In this document: in pieces, positions 21,311 to 32,611 of the stretch
Layout: each line of letters starts with the position of its first letter
How positions within the stretch are numbered: position 1 is the first letter of the stretch
Origin: an uncultured Planctomycetota bacterium
GTDB lineage: Bacteria > Planctomycetota > Planctomycetia > Isosphaerales > Isosphaeraceae
DNA length: 64,000 bases
Assembly (NCBI GenBank): GCA_963845755.1
Contig: CAWJTV010000005.1
Coordinates: forward strand, 320,001-384,000
Direction: 5' to 3'
Made by a program: the position numbers and the translations under genes
The notes under the pieces: generated by a model
Told to the model about the DNA's origin: nothing
What the model saw: the letters and a program-made list of their open reading frames with translations, nothing else
Databases searched by the model: none

Positions 21311-23793
21311 TCACGGCGATTGACTCGAAGACGGCTTGGCCGTCGGGTCGAGTTTTCGCAAGGAATCGAGCTTCTTCTTGATCTCGGCCACCCGTTTGTC
21401 GGGCGGGACCGTCTCCTCCGCGGCCTTGATTGCTTTGCGCCAGGACTCTTCGGCCCTGTCGATCTCGTGAAGCTGGAAATACACGTCGCCCAGGTGCTCG
21501 AAGACGGTGGGGTCATCGCCACGCCCGAGCTCTTCCATCTTGGGCTTCATCAACTCCGCGGCTTTGGTAAGGACCTCGAGTGCCTCCCGGACCTTGCCTC
21601 TCTTGAAGAGGACCCAGCCCATGCTGTCAAGATAGGCATAATTCTCGGACTCTGCCTGGAGCGCCCTGCGAATCATCGTTTCGGCCTTCTCGAGGTTCTT
21701 GCCCTGCTCAGCGTAGAGATAGCCCAGGTCGTTGTTAGTCCCCGGCTCGTCGGGGTTGCTCTCGAGGACCAGCTCGAGCTCAGACTCTCCCTTGGCATAA
21801 TTGCCCAGGTTCACGTAGGCCACCGAGAGATAGGACCGGATCTTGGAGAGCTGCTCCTCGTTATCGCTGTAGCGTTTCAGCATGCCTTCCAGGACCTTGA
21901 TGGCCTCGTCGTTGCGATTGAAGCGGCTCAGCATGTGTGCCAGCGTCAATTCGAAGTCCGGGATGTTCGGGTCTTTCCGAGTCAGGTCGCGGAGGATGCG
22001 GACAGTATCGTCCGCCCGGCCGAGATCCGCGAGAACCCAGGCGAGCTGGTACTGGGAGACTTCGTCGTTCGCGTCGAGCTTCATCGCCTCGGTGACGGTC
22101 GCCTTGGCGACGTCGACGCGGCCTGCGCGGCGCTGGTGTCCTGCGAGGATGGCCAGCGAGCGCACCGACTTTTGAGCAGGATATTTCGCCAACATCTTCT
22201 CGACGGTGGCCGCGGCCTCAGCATGCTGACCCATGCGCCCCTGGGTGTCGGCGATTTCCGAGTAGATCAGGGGACTCGGATCCTGTTCCAACTGGATGCG
22301 GTGGATTTTCAGGAGTTTCTCGAGTCGGCGGACCTTACTGGGGGTGGGGCGATTGGCATTGGCGATGGACCGAAGGACGAGGAAGGCGCTCTCTGGCAAG
22401 GTCGGGGGACGAGCCGAGAGGTCTTTGAATCCTGCGTCGAGCATCGCCTCGGAAATCGTGTCATCGGCGGCGGCCGCGTACATCTGCGGCTCAATCACCG
22501 CCTTGGTAACAGGTCGGGCGTAGGCCTCGCAGAACAGCTTTAGCAGTTCATCGGCCTTCTTCCGCTTGAGGAGCGAGGAGGCCAGCGCCCGGTAGTTCTG
22601 TGGCGTCGGTTGAGCGGTCAAGAGAGTTTGGTAGAGGGCATTGGCCTTCTCGTCCAGTCCCGACTCGCGATAGCGATCGGCCAGGACGTATTGGAGCGGA
22701 ATATTCTTGCTATCGCGCGTGCGCAGCCGCTTCGAGCCGGGGCGTGATCTCCTTCTGGCGACCCAGGGCGGTCAGCACCTTCGCCAGCAGCTCGTAGACC
22801 TCCACTTCCTGCGGCTGACGCTTGATGATTCCCTCGACGAAACCAAGGGCCTGATCGGCCTTGTGCAAGCGAACCAGGGTGTCCGCAAGGAGCAGTGCGA
22901 TCCGGGGATTCGTTTCGTCGTAGACTAGTGCGCGCTCAAGAGCTTTGGCCGCCTGCTCGTCCCGACCGGCGGTGATGAATGTTAGCGCAAAACTGAGATA
23001 GCCCCGCGAGGGGTCGTTGCCCAGGACGCGTGTCAGATCCGCGGGAGAGAGACCGTTTGCGGAATTGTCGTCGAGGGCGTCGAGGACCTTGGCGTAGGCA
23101 TCGGCGGCCTTCTCGGGCTGCTTGAGCCGGTCGGCGTACAGTTGACCGAGCTCGAATTCGGCCAGGAGCCGGCCCGGCGAGTGGGCGCCGAGATTGGGGT
23201 TGGCAAGTACCTCCTTCAACAACGATTCCGCTGCACCCGAATTGCTCTTATCCGGCTGCACGTAGTAATCGATGAGCCTTCCGAGCGTTTCCGTATCACC
23301 CGGCTCGATGGCAAGGACTTTACGGCCGTACTCGATGGCCAGGTCAGGTCGGGCCATCGCGCCAATATAAATCCTGCTAAGGCGACGTGCGATAGCGACC
23401 GATTCGGGATCGAGTTTCGATGCCTCCCGGAGCAACACTACCGCGTCGGACCACCGGTGCTGGTCTTCGAGGGCCCGGGCTGCACTATACAGGCGGACTG
23501 CTTCGGACCGACGCCTGTCCTCGACCGTTGCCGGCCTCAGGGGCACAAAGGGACGTGGGGGGTCTTCTCCCGGCTGGTTGAAGAATGCGGATACGCGCCG
23601 ATCGCCAATCCGATGAGCGCCCTCCTCCGGGAACCGACACCCCCGTCTTGCCCGAGTCGGCACCACCGGCGCGATCCGACGGCGGCTGGTCTTGGTCGTC
23701 GCCCATCGTGAACGGCGTACAAACCAGGCCGAGGCAGGTCGCCAACAGCAGGGATGTCAGGGTCACTCGAACCAGTCGAATCGACCCGGCCAT
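21311..23793 (-). CDS. Large secreted TPR protein (several frameshifts)
   Basis: GAGGAG RBS, N-terminal hydrophobic signal, many TPRs, C-terminal NDLGYLYA...AYLDSMGWVLFK...EHLGDVY. Confidence 0.85.
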
Positions 23794-24122
23794 GTCTCGT
23801 CTCCTCTTCTGAGCCTCATTCGCCTCGCGGCGCAACACTCGTGGCAATCTCTGACCATCGAGATGAAGGCTGCGATTGTTGTCCTCGGCGGGTTGACGTT
23901 CCGTCATCGGTATCGTATGTCATCGTACTCTTAGGCTCGATCTCCCACGAACTTATGGTATCACGCCGCAACAAGGGCTGCCAAGCCCACGTCGTGGGTC
24001 CGTGCTAGACCAACGGCCTCCTGCATGAGGCTGTGTGGTTCGAGCGATCCTATGGTTCCTCAGAATCCCCATGGATCGACAGTCAACGGTCGATTCTCCC
24101 TCAATTCCTCTCCGCCATCCGA

Positions 24123-24183
24123 TTGACAATGACTTCCGTTGCCGTTAAATTGGTCCCTCATTGAGACTGAATCTCAGTTTCAA
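24123..24183 (+). promoter_or_regulatory. Sigma70 promoter followed by a Fur-family-like palindromic operator
   Basis: TTGACA-17 bp-TAAATT (24123-24151); TTGAGACTGA-ATC-TCAGTTTCAA (24161-24183) containing the 7-1-7 TGAGACT-G-AATCTCA. Confidence 0.6.
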
Positions 24184-24460
24184 CAGACACCTCTACCTGT
24201 TCGGCCCTGGTCCCGTCGGCCCGGATGAACGCGATAGCGCGAGGGAACTTCCGTGCCGAGCACTCCCTGGGACCGGTCCGATGTCATTCCTGCCTGTTCG
24301 CCAAGACCGGCGGCATAAATCCCGTTTTCACAGGCGATTACGACTGGCAATTGGGCAATAGCTCGTGTCCGACCTTGCCCGCTGATGTCGCGTCCGCCGG
24401 AGAGCGCACCTGGTCGATCGTATCGCCCGGAGTGCGGGACCACTCTCCGGCGGCGCGGCG
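24158..24460 (+). ncRNA. Candidate structured small RNA of unknown family
   Basis: Downstream of the promoter; several long stems; no convincing ORF. Confidence 0.3.
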
Positions 24461-24680
24461 CCCATCCGATACTTGATGAGCGGGCGGCGCCCTCCGAATA
24501 ATCAGCAGGAAGCTCGCGATCCTGATCGTGGGGTTCTGGTTTCCACTCGGTACAATGGAAACGAGAAGACCTGCGGAGCGCAAGGGACTCCGCAAGAACG
24601 GGACCGGCAACTCGAATTCTCAGTGCCGATCCCCGAATCGTGAGGGACTGTCAATACGTCCATTTCGCGGAAAGACCGCC

Positions 24681-26036
24681 TCAATGGATCGAGTAGCCGC
24701 GGCGATAATCACGTCGTATGAACTGGTCGGCATACGAACAGTTCTTGGCCCTCATCCCGGGGGCATCCCATTCGATCTTCTGGCCGGCCTTGAGCGCGAC
24801 GACGCCCAGGAGGACGGTCTCGGTGAGCTGGGCGGAGTAATCGAAATTGGAGAGGGCCCTGTGGGGATCGTTGGCCTTGATCCCTTCGACCCACTCGGTG
24901 AAGTGGCCAGGCGAGCGCGGGAGTTTCGATTCCGGTTTCGTAACGTCCTTGAACTGCTCCCGCGGCAGAAGGATGTGTTCGGCGCCGTAGTCGTTCTTCG
25001 AGAAGAACGAGCCCTTCTCGCCGACGAGGAGGAGCCCGCTACCAGGGACCTTCTCTCCGTAGATACGGTCCGTGAAACTTCGCTTGTCCTTGGGCAGCTT
25101 GTTGCCGCCGTCGTACCAGGTCATCGTCAGCGGTCCCCGGCCGTTACGCGGGCCGAAGTGGGTGCGGATGATCGACCAGACCGGATAGCTCGCGTTGTCC
25201 ACGATTCCGGAGGTGTCCACGACCTCGATCGCCTCGGGGTCGAAGAGCTCCAGGGCCATTGCGGCGATGTTGATCGTATGGCAGGCCATGTCGCCCAGGG
25301 CCCCGGTGCCGAAGTCGAGCCAACCGCGCCAGTTGAACGGCTGGTAACTAGGATGAAACGGCCGATCGGGGGCCGCGGCCAGGAACTCGGACCAGCGGAC
25401 CTTGTTCGGGATCCCGGGCGTTGTCTTGGGGATCCCCATCCCCTGAGGCCAGATCGGACGGTTGGTCCAGACCAGGATCTCCTTGATCTGCCCCAGCATT
25501 CCCGATCGGATCAGCTCGACACCCGATCGGAATCCCTGCTCGGCCGTCCCCTGGTTGCCCATCTGCGTGCAGAGCTTCTTCTCGGCGGCGAGTCCGCGCA
25601 TCAATCGCGCCTCTTCCACCGACCAGGCCAGCGGTTTCTGGCAGAAACAGTGCTTGCCCATGCGCATCGCCATCACGCTCGCCGGCGCATGAGTGTGGTC
25701 GGGAGTGCTGACGGTCACCGCGTCGATCTTGTCGCCAAGCGCCTCGAGCATGGCGCGATAGTCGTAAAAGGTCTTGGCATCGGGGTGCTTTGCCTTCAGG
25801 CGATTGGCCATCTTGGCGAGGGTTTCCTCGTCAACGTCGCACAAGCCGACGATCTCGCCGTGAGTGGCGGCGTCCATGGTATCGCTTTGGCCCTTGCCAC
25901 CGACGCCGATACAGGCGAATCGAACCCGCTCGTTCGGAGAGGGACGGAGCGACCGGGCGTAACCGGGGGCACCGCCGGCCAGGAACGAGCCCGCGCCGGC
26001 CGCCGTCGTCTGCTTCAAGAAATTGCGACGATCCAT
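24681..26036 (-). CDS. Tat-exported Gfo/Idh/MocA-family oxidoreductase
   Basis: MDRRNFLK twin-arginine signal, IGVGGKG, TPDHTH, CQKPL, TQMGNQ, GTGALGDMACH. Confidence 0.92.
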   Translation of the reverse strand: MDRRNFLKQTTAAGAGSFLAGGAPGYARSLRPSPNERVRFACIGVGGKGQSDTMDAATHGEIVGLCDVDEETLAKMANRLKAKHPDAKTFYDYRAMLEALGDKIDAVTVSTPDHTHAPASVMAMRMGKHCFCQKPLAWSVEEARLMRGLAAEKKLCTQMGNQGTAEQGFRSGVELIRSGMLGQIKEILVWTNRPIWPQGMGIPKTTPGIPNKVRWSEFLAAAPDRPFHPSYQPFNWRGWLDFGTGALGDMACHTINIAAMALELFDPEAIEVVDTSGIVDNASYPVWSIIRTHFGPRNGRGPLTMTWYDGGNKLPKDKRSFTDRIYGEKVPGSGLLLVGEKGSFFSKNDYGAEHILLPREQFKDVTKPESKLPRSPGHFTEWVEGIKANDPHRALSNFDYSAQLTETVLLGVVALKAGQKIEWDAPGMRAKNCSYADQFIRRDYRRGYSIH

Positions 26037-26249
26037 GTTTCAAACTCCCTGGAAGGGTACGTGGTGATTCGCAACGTCCAGACGGACCGCCGCGGCATGA
26101 GTCAGGTCATTTGTGGTTCCGTGCTCACGGTGGCGGGTCGGATCCGACGAAATCCTGGCGGGACGGTCCGGGGCGCTTCCAACAGCAACAAGAACCCACT
26201 CAGCATGACCGACGGCGAGGCCATTCGCAACCGGGTAACTCTCGTGGAA

Positions 26250-26358
26250 AGGATGGACGATGAGGGATGAAGGATGAATCCGAACCGGAGAAACCGTGAC
26301 AGCGATCTGAGAGCTCAACCGGTCTTGCCTTGATTCATCTCTCATCCTGCATCTTTTC
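26250..26358. repeat. Inverted pair of heptamer arrays, (AGGATGA)n ... (TCATCCT)n
   Basis: AGGATGG ACGATGA GGGATGA AGGATGA ATC, then GAT TCATCTC TCATCCT GCATCTT. Confidence 0.8.
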
Positions 26359-29220
26359 GCTGGAGCCTTTCCCCGCGCTGACGGACTGGAGCAGAGCAGC
26401 CATGCCTTCGAACAGGCGCACTGAGCGCTCCGGCGGCTTCGGCCGGCGCTTCGATGACGACCTTGCCGGTCGCAGGCTCGCGACGGACCTGGAGCTGCGA
26501 GAATAGCTCGCGAACGCCAACCGTGGGCGGATGCGCCGCTCCGACTTCGCGCGGACCCACGAACGATCCGGCACCGTTGCGTTGCGTTGCGGTTTCCGAA
26601 GATCGGGGTGAGGTCGCCGATTCGACGCCGGTGATCGAGGTCGGTGTCGTGGCCAGCGCGGCGGTCGCCAGCGGCCCGCCGAAATGTCCGCCAGCCGAAG
26701 TCGAGAAGGAGGGCTCGGATTCCGGGATGGGTTCGTGCGCAGGTCCAGGCTCGCGTTCGCGTTCGGGTGATGGCGGAGTGGTGTCTTCGGCCTCGTCGGC
26801 GGCCTCGATCAGCTCCTCGAGAGGGTCGGACACCTCGTCGTCGATGCCGATGTCGACGTCTCCCGTATCGGCCTCTGCTTCCGCCTGGTCGCCACGGGCC
26901 GCCACCACCGCGATCGCGGACGGGTCGATCAACTTCTGGATGCGCGACAGGAAATTCGACGATTCGCCGAACTGGATCGTGTCGGTGTCGCCGTCGAACA
27001 ATCCCTTGAAGAATGCATGCTTCGAGTTCAACCAGCACGGCGATCCGCGATTCGATCCCCTCTTCGGAGACCACGTTATAAACGTCGATCGGATGCTTCT
27101 GGCCCAGTCGGTAGATCCGGCCGATTCTCTGTTCCAGGACAGCCGGGTTCCAGGGGAGATCCATGTTGATCACGCAGTTGGCGGCGTGCTGGAGATTCAA
27201 TCCCACTCCGCCGGCATCGCTCGCGAACAGGACGCGAAAGGTCGGGTCGTCGTGAAATTCGACGATGTTCTGGGTCCGGCGTTTGCGCCCCTCGGCCCCG
27301 GTGAAGAAGCCGGCATGCAACCCCTTCTCGGCGAGCAAGTCCCGGGTCGCCCAGTGAGCCAGAGTGAGCATGCGTCGCCACTGGCTGAAAACGACGACCT
27401 TTCGTCCCTGTTCCAGGACGAGCTGACGGATCAGTTGACGCAGCTCAATCAGTTTGGGAGTCGAGAGGCCCAGCAAGACCCCCTCATCCGGCTGTCGGTC
27501 CTTGATCGTCGGCCATGTGTCTACGAATGTGTACTGGGCCATCCCGTTGCAGATGATCCGCTGGAGCGTCAGCAGGCTCATCAACCTCAGGAACTCGGCC
27601 TGGGTCAGCGGGCGGACCATGGCCTTCTGCATCAGGATTACGATCGGCTGGTCCAGTTCGGAGTGCGCGGCCTCCTGGACCTCCGTCAAGTTGACGGGTA
27701 CTCGCGTATCGGTCCGGGGCGGGAGCTGGTCGAGCACGTCCTTCCGAATTCGCCGGACCATGCAGTGCTGGATCCGTTCGCGAATCGTCCCCAGGTTTCG
27801 GACACCAATCATCTCCTTGCGGCCGTCGGCTCGGATCGCATGCAGCGCACCCAGTCGCCACTTGGGCTCCAGTGCCATGTCGTCGACCCACTCGACCACC
27901 GAGGCCAGCTCATCGATCCGGTTCTCCATCGGTGTGCCCGTCAGCACCAGCCGGTAGGTCGGCGCCAGGCCCTTCACCGACAGCGCCGTCTTCGTCTGCC
28001 AGTTCTTGATCCGTTGCGCCTCGTCGAGCACCACCAGATCGGGCCCCCATCCGCGGACAATCTCCAGGTCTCGGATCAATTGCTCATAATTAATGATCAG
28101 AAAACCTTCTTTACGAGAGGCGTAGAGGGCCTTGCGCGCGTCCGGTGGCGCGTTCGACGATCTCGACGGGAAGGTCGGAGAAGACGCTCCATTCCCGGGC
28201 CCACTGGGGCTTGAGGCTGGCCGGGGCGATGATCAGACCGCGACGGACCCGGCCGCTCCGCCACAGGATCTCGCAGGCGGCGATCGCCTGAGCGGTCTTT
28301 CCCAATCCCATGTCGTCGGCCAGGAGGAGGCGACCGTTGGCCAGGAAGCGCTGGACACCGTCGCGTTGATAGGGGTAGAGCGAGCGCTTCAGTCCCCGGA
28401 ATCCGTCACGGATCTCGGTGGAACCCAGCGCCTCCTCGACGATCGTCTTGAGCCGATTGCGCTCGTGAACCAGCAAGGCGCGCAGCGCGGGGTCGTGGCG
28501 TATCCCGGCGGCGCCGGCGGGAATCGCCCTGAGCAGGTCCTCTACCAGATCCATCCGTCGTGACGGCTTATCCGAGAAGGCGTTCTTGAGAATTCCGCCG
28601 CCGTTGGTCGCGCGGAACCATCGCAGGGCCTGCGCCGCGCGGGTCGAGCGCGCCGCGGCCGACTCGACATCGCCGTGCCAGGCGACCCGCTCCAGCCAGT
28701 CGCCGAGGCCCGTCAGGGGCCGGATCGGGTCCCACCACAGGCCCGCCCGTTCGTTGCCGTTAGCCCATTCCTGCTCCTTCGCCGCCTGCTGCAAGACGCG
28801 AGGACGCGCGTGAAGATGATCGAGTACGGTGAGTACGTGCTTGCAGACCCCCAGCGAGTTCTTGAGGAAGTCGGGGCAATCGCAACGAGCTGCGATCGGG
28901 TCCACGCCCAGCAGCATGGTGCGATATGGTCGAGCGCCGGATCCCGGTCGTCGCGTCGCGTAGCTTCCCAGCAGCCGTCCCTCCGCGGGCCGCGACTCGA
29001 CGCGCAATTTTTCCTGTTTGATCGACTCGATCCGACGAATCAAGGCGTCCATGGCCTCGACGCGCACTGGCCACTCCGGGGCCGGCACGATCCCCAGCAC
29101 GTGCCGGACCAGCACTTCCGGCCGGATCTTCCCCGTCCGCTTGAAGGCGTGCGAGAGCAACTCCTGATAGGCCTCCATCTCCTCAATGGCGGTATCGAAC
29201 TCGGCGACACTGGTTGACAT
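26335..29220 (-). CDS. SWIM zinc-finger + SNF2-family helicase (frameshifts near 28130, 27030, 26420)
   Basis: CDCPDFLKNSLGVCKH, LYPYQ, LADDMGLGKT, DEAQRIKN, LTGTPMEN, GGVGLNLQ, PWNPAVLEQRIGRIYR; acidic tail. Confidence 0.9.
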
Positions 29221-29926
29221 GGGGGCGGCTCGCGTTCGAGAGTCCGTGGAGCGATCACCTTGCTTACGAGTCGTCCCATTATTCTCGCCATGCGCACCAA
29301 TTGCCAGCGCATCGCGGCGAGCATCGCGGATCGGGAGTCCGGTTGTACCGATCCCGCGCGGCTCTGGAATCTTCGATTTCGAGTCCAGCCGCGCGAGCTG
29401 AAAACCGGTCATCAGTTTCCGCGAATCCAAGCCGGGCATCTCGCTCGATGTTGAGTAAAACCACCGAGCAACCGGACTGCATGGCGGATTGCACGCTCTG
29501 TATGGATCTACGTGCCGGTCAGCGACTTCTCTCCAGAAGATCTTCCCACTCGTCTTGGATCACCTGCCAACAATTCCACGATTCTGTGGCACACTAAGGT
29601 TGCATTTCGCCATCAGAGGTTTGCACGCATCCCGGCGAGACGGGACACTGCGGCGGGGAGAGGTCGAGTGGCGATCAGCCCTGCTTCGGCGTGTTCTCTG
29701 GCGGGACCCCAGTTCCCACCCTACTTTCCCGACTCCCTTCTCTGACTCGACGTGATTGACACCTGGAACCAGAAGGGCGAATTGAAAGAAAGTGCAAAGG
29801 TTTTCTGGGGACTTGCCGATCCAACTCAATCGAACGTCCTCTCTCGCCGGGGTGTTCGTCAGCTGGTCAGGATGACCGGCACTAGATCACGCTCAGGATG
29901 AGGGCGATTCGTCCCAGGGAGGGGCC

Positions 29927-31132
29927 ATGTCAGGGCAGGATGTCTCCAGTCGAATCAGTCGTGAATCTTCGAGGCGTCGCGTCAAGTTTCAGGTCTCGGT
30001 GGAAGACCTGGAAGGCCGGGTCTTGTTATCCATGGGGCATCATCGGCATGAGGTGGCCCATCGTGTGGCCCACGTCCAGAGCGAAACCGCCCAGGGCACG
30101 ACGACTCAGAATCAGCCGACGGGCCACCACGCCTCGAGGGGGCACGAACACGCTACGGTCAACCGTCGTGGCCATGCCCGCGCGATGACGATGAGAGCTG
30201 CGAACAACGCGACCATAACCGTCGCGCCGGCAATCCTGGTCCAGCCGATGATCAACGTCGAGCCTTCGGTCAGCGGCGGTACTTCGAGTACGCAAAGCAC
30301 CTCGAGCACCTCCGCGAGCACGACGCCCACGCCGACCGCCACCGCTAACGTGACCGTCACGCCTCCCGTCTCCGTCCACGGAACCAAGAGGACAGGGAAC
30401 ACGACCACCACATTCACGACGAACTGGAATACCTCTTCCTCGGCCACACCGACACCGAGCCCGACCTCCACCACGACCGGGTCGAACACGCACTCGACGA
30501 CGAGCTCGCAGACGACCAATCCGCAGACCCCGACTCCCACCAGTACGTCCGCAAATGGCGGGGCCAGTGCTACGACGAGCACGACGTCCTCGACTTCGAC
30601 TACATCGCCCACTTCGACCTCGACTGGCGGCTCCTCCGCGGGCGCCTCGACCGGAAGCTCGTCCTCCACTTCGGCTGGTGGTTCGTCGTGCACACAACCT
30701 TCTTCGGGGACCTCGAACTCTCAGACCTCTACGACCACAAGTCCGACCCCCACCCCGACCCCATCACCGACCAGCACGGCGGGTTCGGGTTCGTCATCCA
30801 CGACCACCTCCAGCGGCTCGACGGCCACTACGGGCAACTCCTCATCGGGCCAGCCTTCTTCGAGCAGTACGAACACGCAAACGGGTGCAACGACGACCGG
30901 CTCGACGGGCTCGGGCTCGTCCTCCGCGACGACGTCCGCTTCCGGATCGTCCAGTTCGGGCGGGGCGGGATCCGGGGGATCCGCCCAGACCGGTACCTCG
31001 ACAGGTTCTTCGACGACTACCGGGGCCAATGGTTCGAACTCCTCCTCCACTCAGACTTCGACTTCCTCGTCGGCCAGCAACGGCGGCTCTTCGAACACGA
31101 GCACCACAACTTCCGCAAACGCGACAAGTTGA
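29927..31132 (+). CDS. Ser/Thr-rich mucin-like extracellular protein with planctomycete LExRxLLS motif
   Basis: GGAGG RBS; SSRRRVKFQVSVEDLEGRVLLS, His-rich segment, then about 280 aa dominated by S/T/G/P. Confidence 0.8.
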   Translation: MSGQDVSSRISRESSRRRVKFQVSVEDLEGRVLLSMGHHRHEVAHRVAHVQSETAQGTTTQNQPTGHHASRGHEHATVNRRGHARAMTMRAANNATITVAPAILVQPMINVEPSVSGGTSSTQSTSSTSASTTPTPTATANVTVTPPVSVHGTKRTGNTTTTFTTNWNTSSSATPTPSPTSTTTGSNTHSTTSSQTTNPQTPTPTSTSANGGASATTSTTSSTSTTSPTSTSTGGSSAGASTGSSSSTSAGGSSCTQPSSGTSNSQTSTTTSPTPTPTPSPTSTAGSGSSSTTTSSGSTATTGNSSSGQPSSSSTNTQTGATTTGSTGSGSSSATTSASGSSSSGGAGSGGSAQTGTSTGSSTTTGANGSNSSSTQTSTSSSASNGGSSNTSTTTSANATS

Positions 31133-31158
31133 CGCGCCTTTGACGCCAGCACCGTCGG

Positions 31159-32593
31159 TCATTCCAGGACGCTGGCGGACGCCCGGCTCGAGGGCGTCCG
31201 CCGATCGTTCGAAATGGCCATGGGCGGGTTTTCTGTCGGGTGCGGACCCTTGGGCTCCGAGCTGATCGGCCGGTCGCGCTCCCCGATGACGGACTGTGGA
31301 ACGGAGAACAGGTTGCCCGCCAGATCGCGCGAGTTGGCCGTCCGCCAGTGGGTTGGAACCCGCCTGATCGGCGCTGAAAGGCCATGACGGGTGAACCGAC
31401 AAAACGCGAGATCGAAGTCGCCGCGCCAGCCCGAAGGCGAGACATCGGTTGGGTAGAACCAGAAGGCCGCAGCCATGAGGGCCGCGGACCCGATCAATCG
31501 AGGAACGGCACGGTCCCCGAGAAACCAACCCGCGGTGATCCGTGATGCGTCCGCAGGCCTCTCAACCGTCGGATAGCGGCCGATGCCGACGGCCACCAGT
31601 CCCATCAATGCCGGTAGGTAATGGAATCCGTAGCCGGGTACGCCAAAATGGATCAGGAGATGGAACCCGAGTGCCGGCAGGGCACTGATCCCGATCAGGA
31701 AAGTCAGGAACCCGCCGTCTTCGAGGCGTCCCAGCCTCGAAACGCCGCGAGGAACGAAGACCAGCGCAGGCCCAAGCGTCCAGACAAGGGCCATGCCGAT
31801 CTTGACGGCGTATCGCACGGTGCCATCGAGGAGTCCCAGATTCCAGACGGAGTTCAGGGTCCCGGCCTGGTAGCCGAATTCCGCGACGGATGCGCGGTAA
31901 TTCGCCCACCCTCCGGCATCGTGGAGCATCGCGCCGATCCAGGTCAGATTCAGGATCGCGAAGAGGATGACGGCGAGAGCGGAACTCCTCCAACCGTGCT
32001 GCGTGAGGATGATCAGGAAGACGGGGAGCCAGAACAGGCCGATATCCGTGCGGTACCCGGTGCCGATGGCCAGGACGACCGCAGCTACTATCGGCTGCCA
32101 CGGCCGCGGGCACTTCAATCCACGGATGGCGACACCCAGGAGAAACGACCCGACGAGCACGATCGCGGTATAGTTGCCCGCCATCGCTCCATAACCCCAG
32201 AAGACCGGACCGACGCCGAGTAGAAGCGTTGTTCCAAGCGCGGTCGCCGGACGAACCAGGGCGCAGCCACCACCAGACGCTCACGAGTGCCAGCGTGCTG
32301 CACAGCATGTCGAGTAAGATGAAACCCCGATAGAGATCTCCCGTCACTTCGCCCAGCAGGCGCGCTAAAGTCTGGAACAGCGTGTGGCTGATCGGAAACC
32401 AGTGGGCCGAGACTTGCCGCAGATATCCGAATTCGTCGGGGTCCAACGGTGCGTCCCGCGCCACAGGCCACCGCGTGAGAAGTACGAATACCAGCGCGAT
32501 CCCGATCGCCGCCACGATCGCCTGCGACTGGGGCTCGATCGGCTCCTGAAGGTCAGGAAGGGCTGGGTTTTGTTCCGGCATCCCGATTGCCAT
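31159..32593 (-). CDS. Multi-TM membrane protein, GT-C-like (frameshift near 32250)
   Basis: First-loop acidic LDPDEFGY motif, about 10 TM helices, last gene of the glycan cluster. Confidence 0.6.
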
Positions 32594-32611
32594 GAGATCG
32601 AAGACTCCTTC

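Noticed and set aside
23967..23983. Sigma54-like site TGGCA...TTGC on the minus strand
   Set aside because: GG-GC spacing is one base too long
24158..24620. tmRNA, RNase P or SRP RNA identity
   Set aside because: No tRNA-like ends, GAGGAAAGTCC or SRP domain-IV motif seen
24528..26270. Long antisense ORFs (also 21161-22543, 26454-28214, 48626-50248, 18956-20080)
   Set aside because: Shadow ORFs opposite well-supported genes in high-GC DNA
29588..29604. Sigma54-like TGGCAC...TTGC
   Set aside because: Spacing is two bases too long
30280..31130. Repetitive DNA that could suggest a CRISPR or repeat array
   Set aside because: Explained by Ser/Thr codon runs; no constant repeat-spacer period or cas genes
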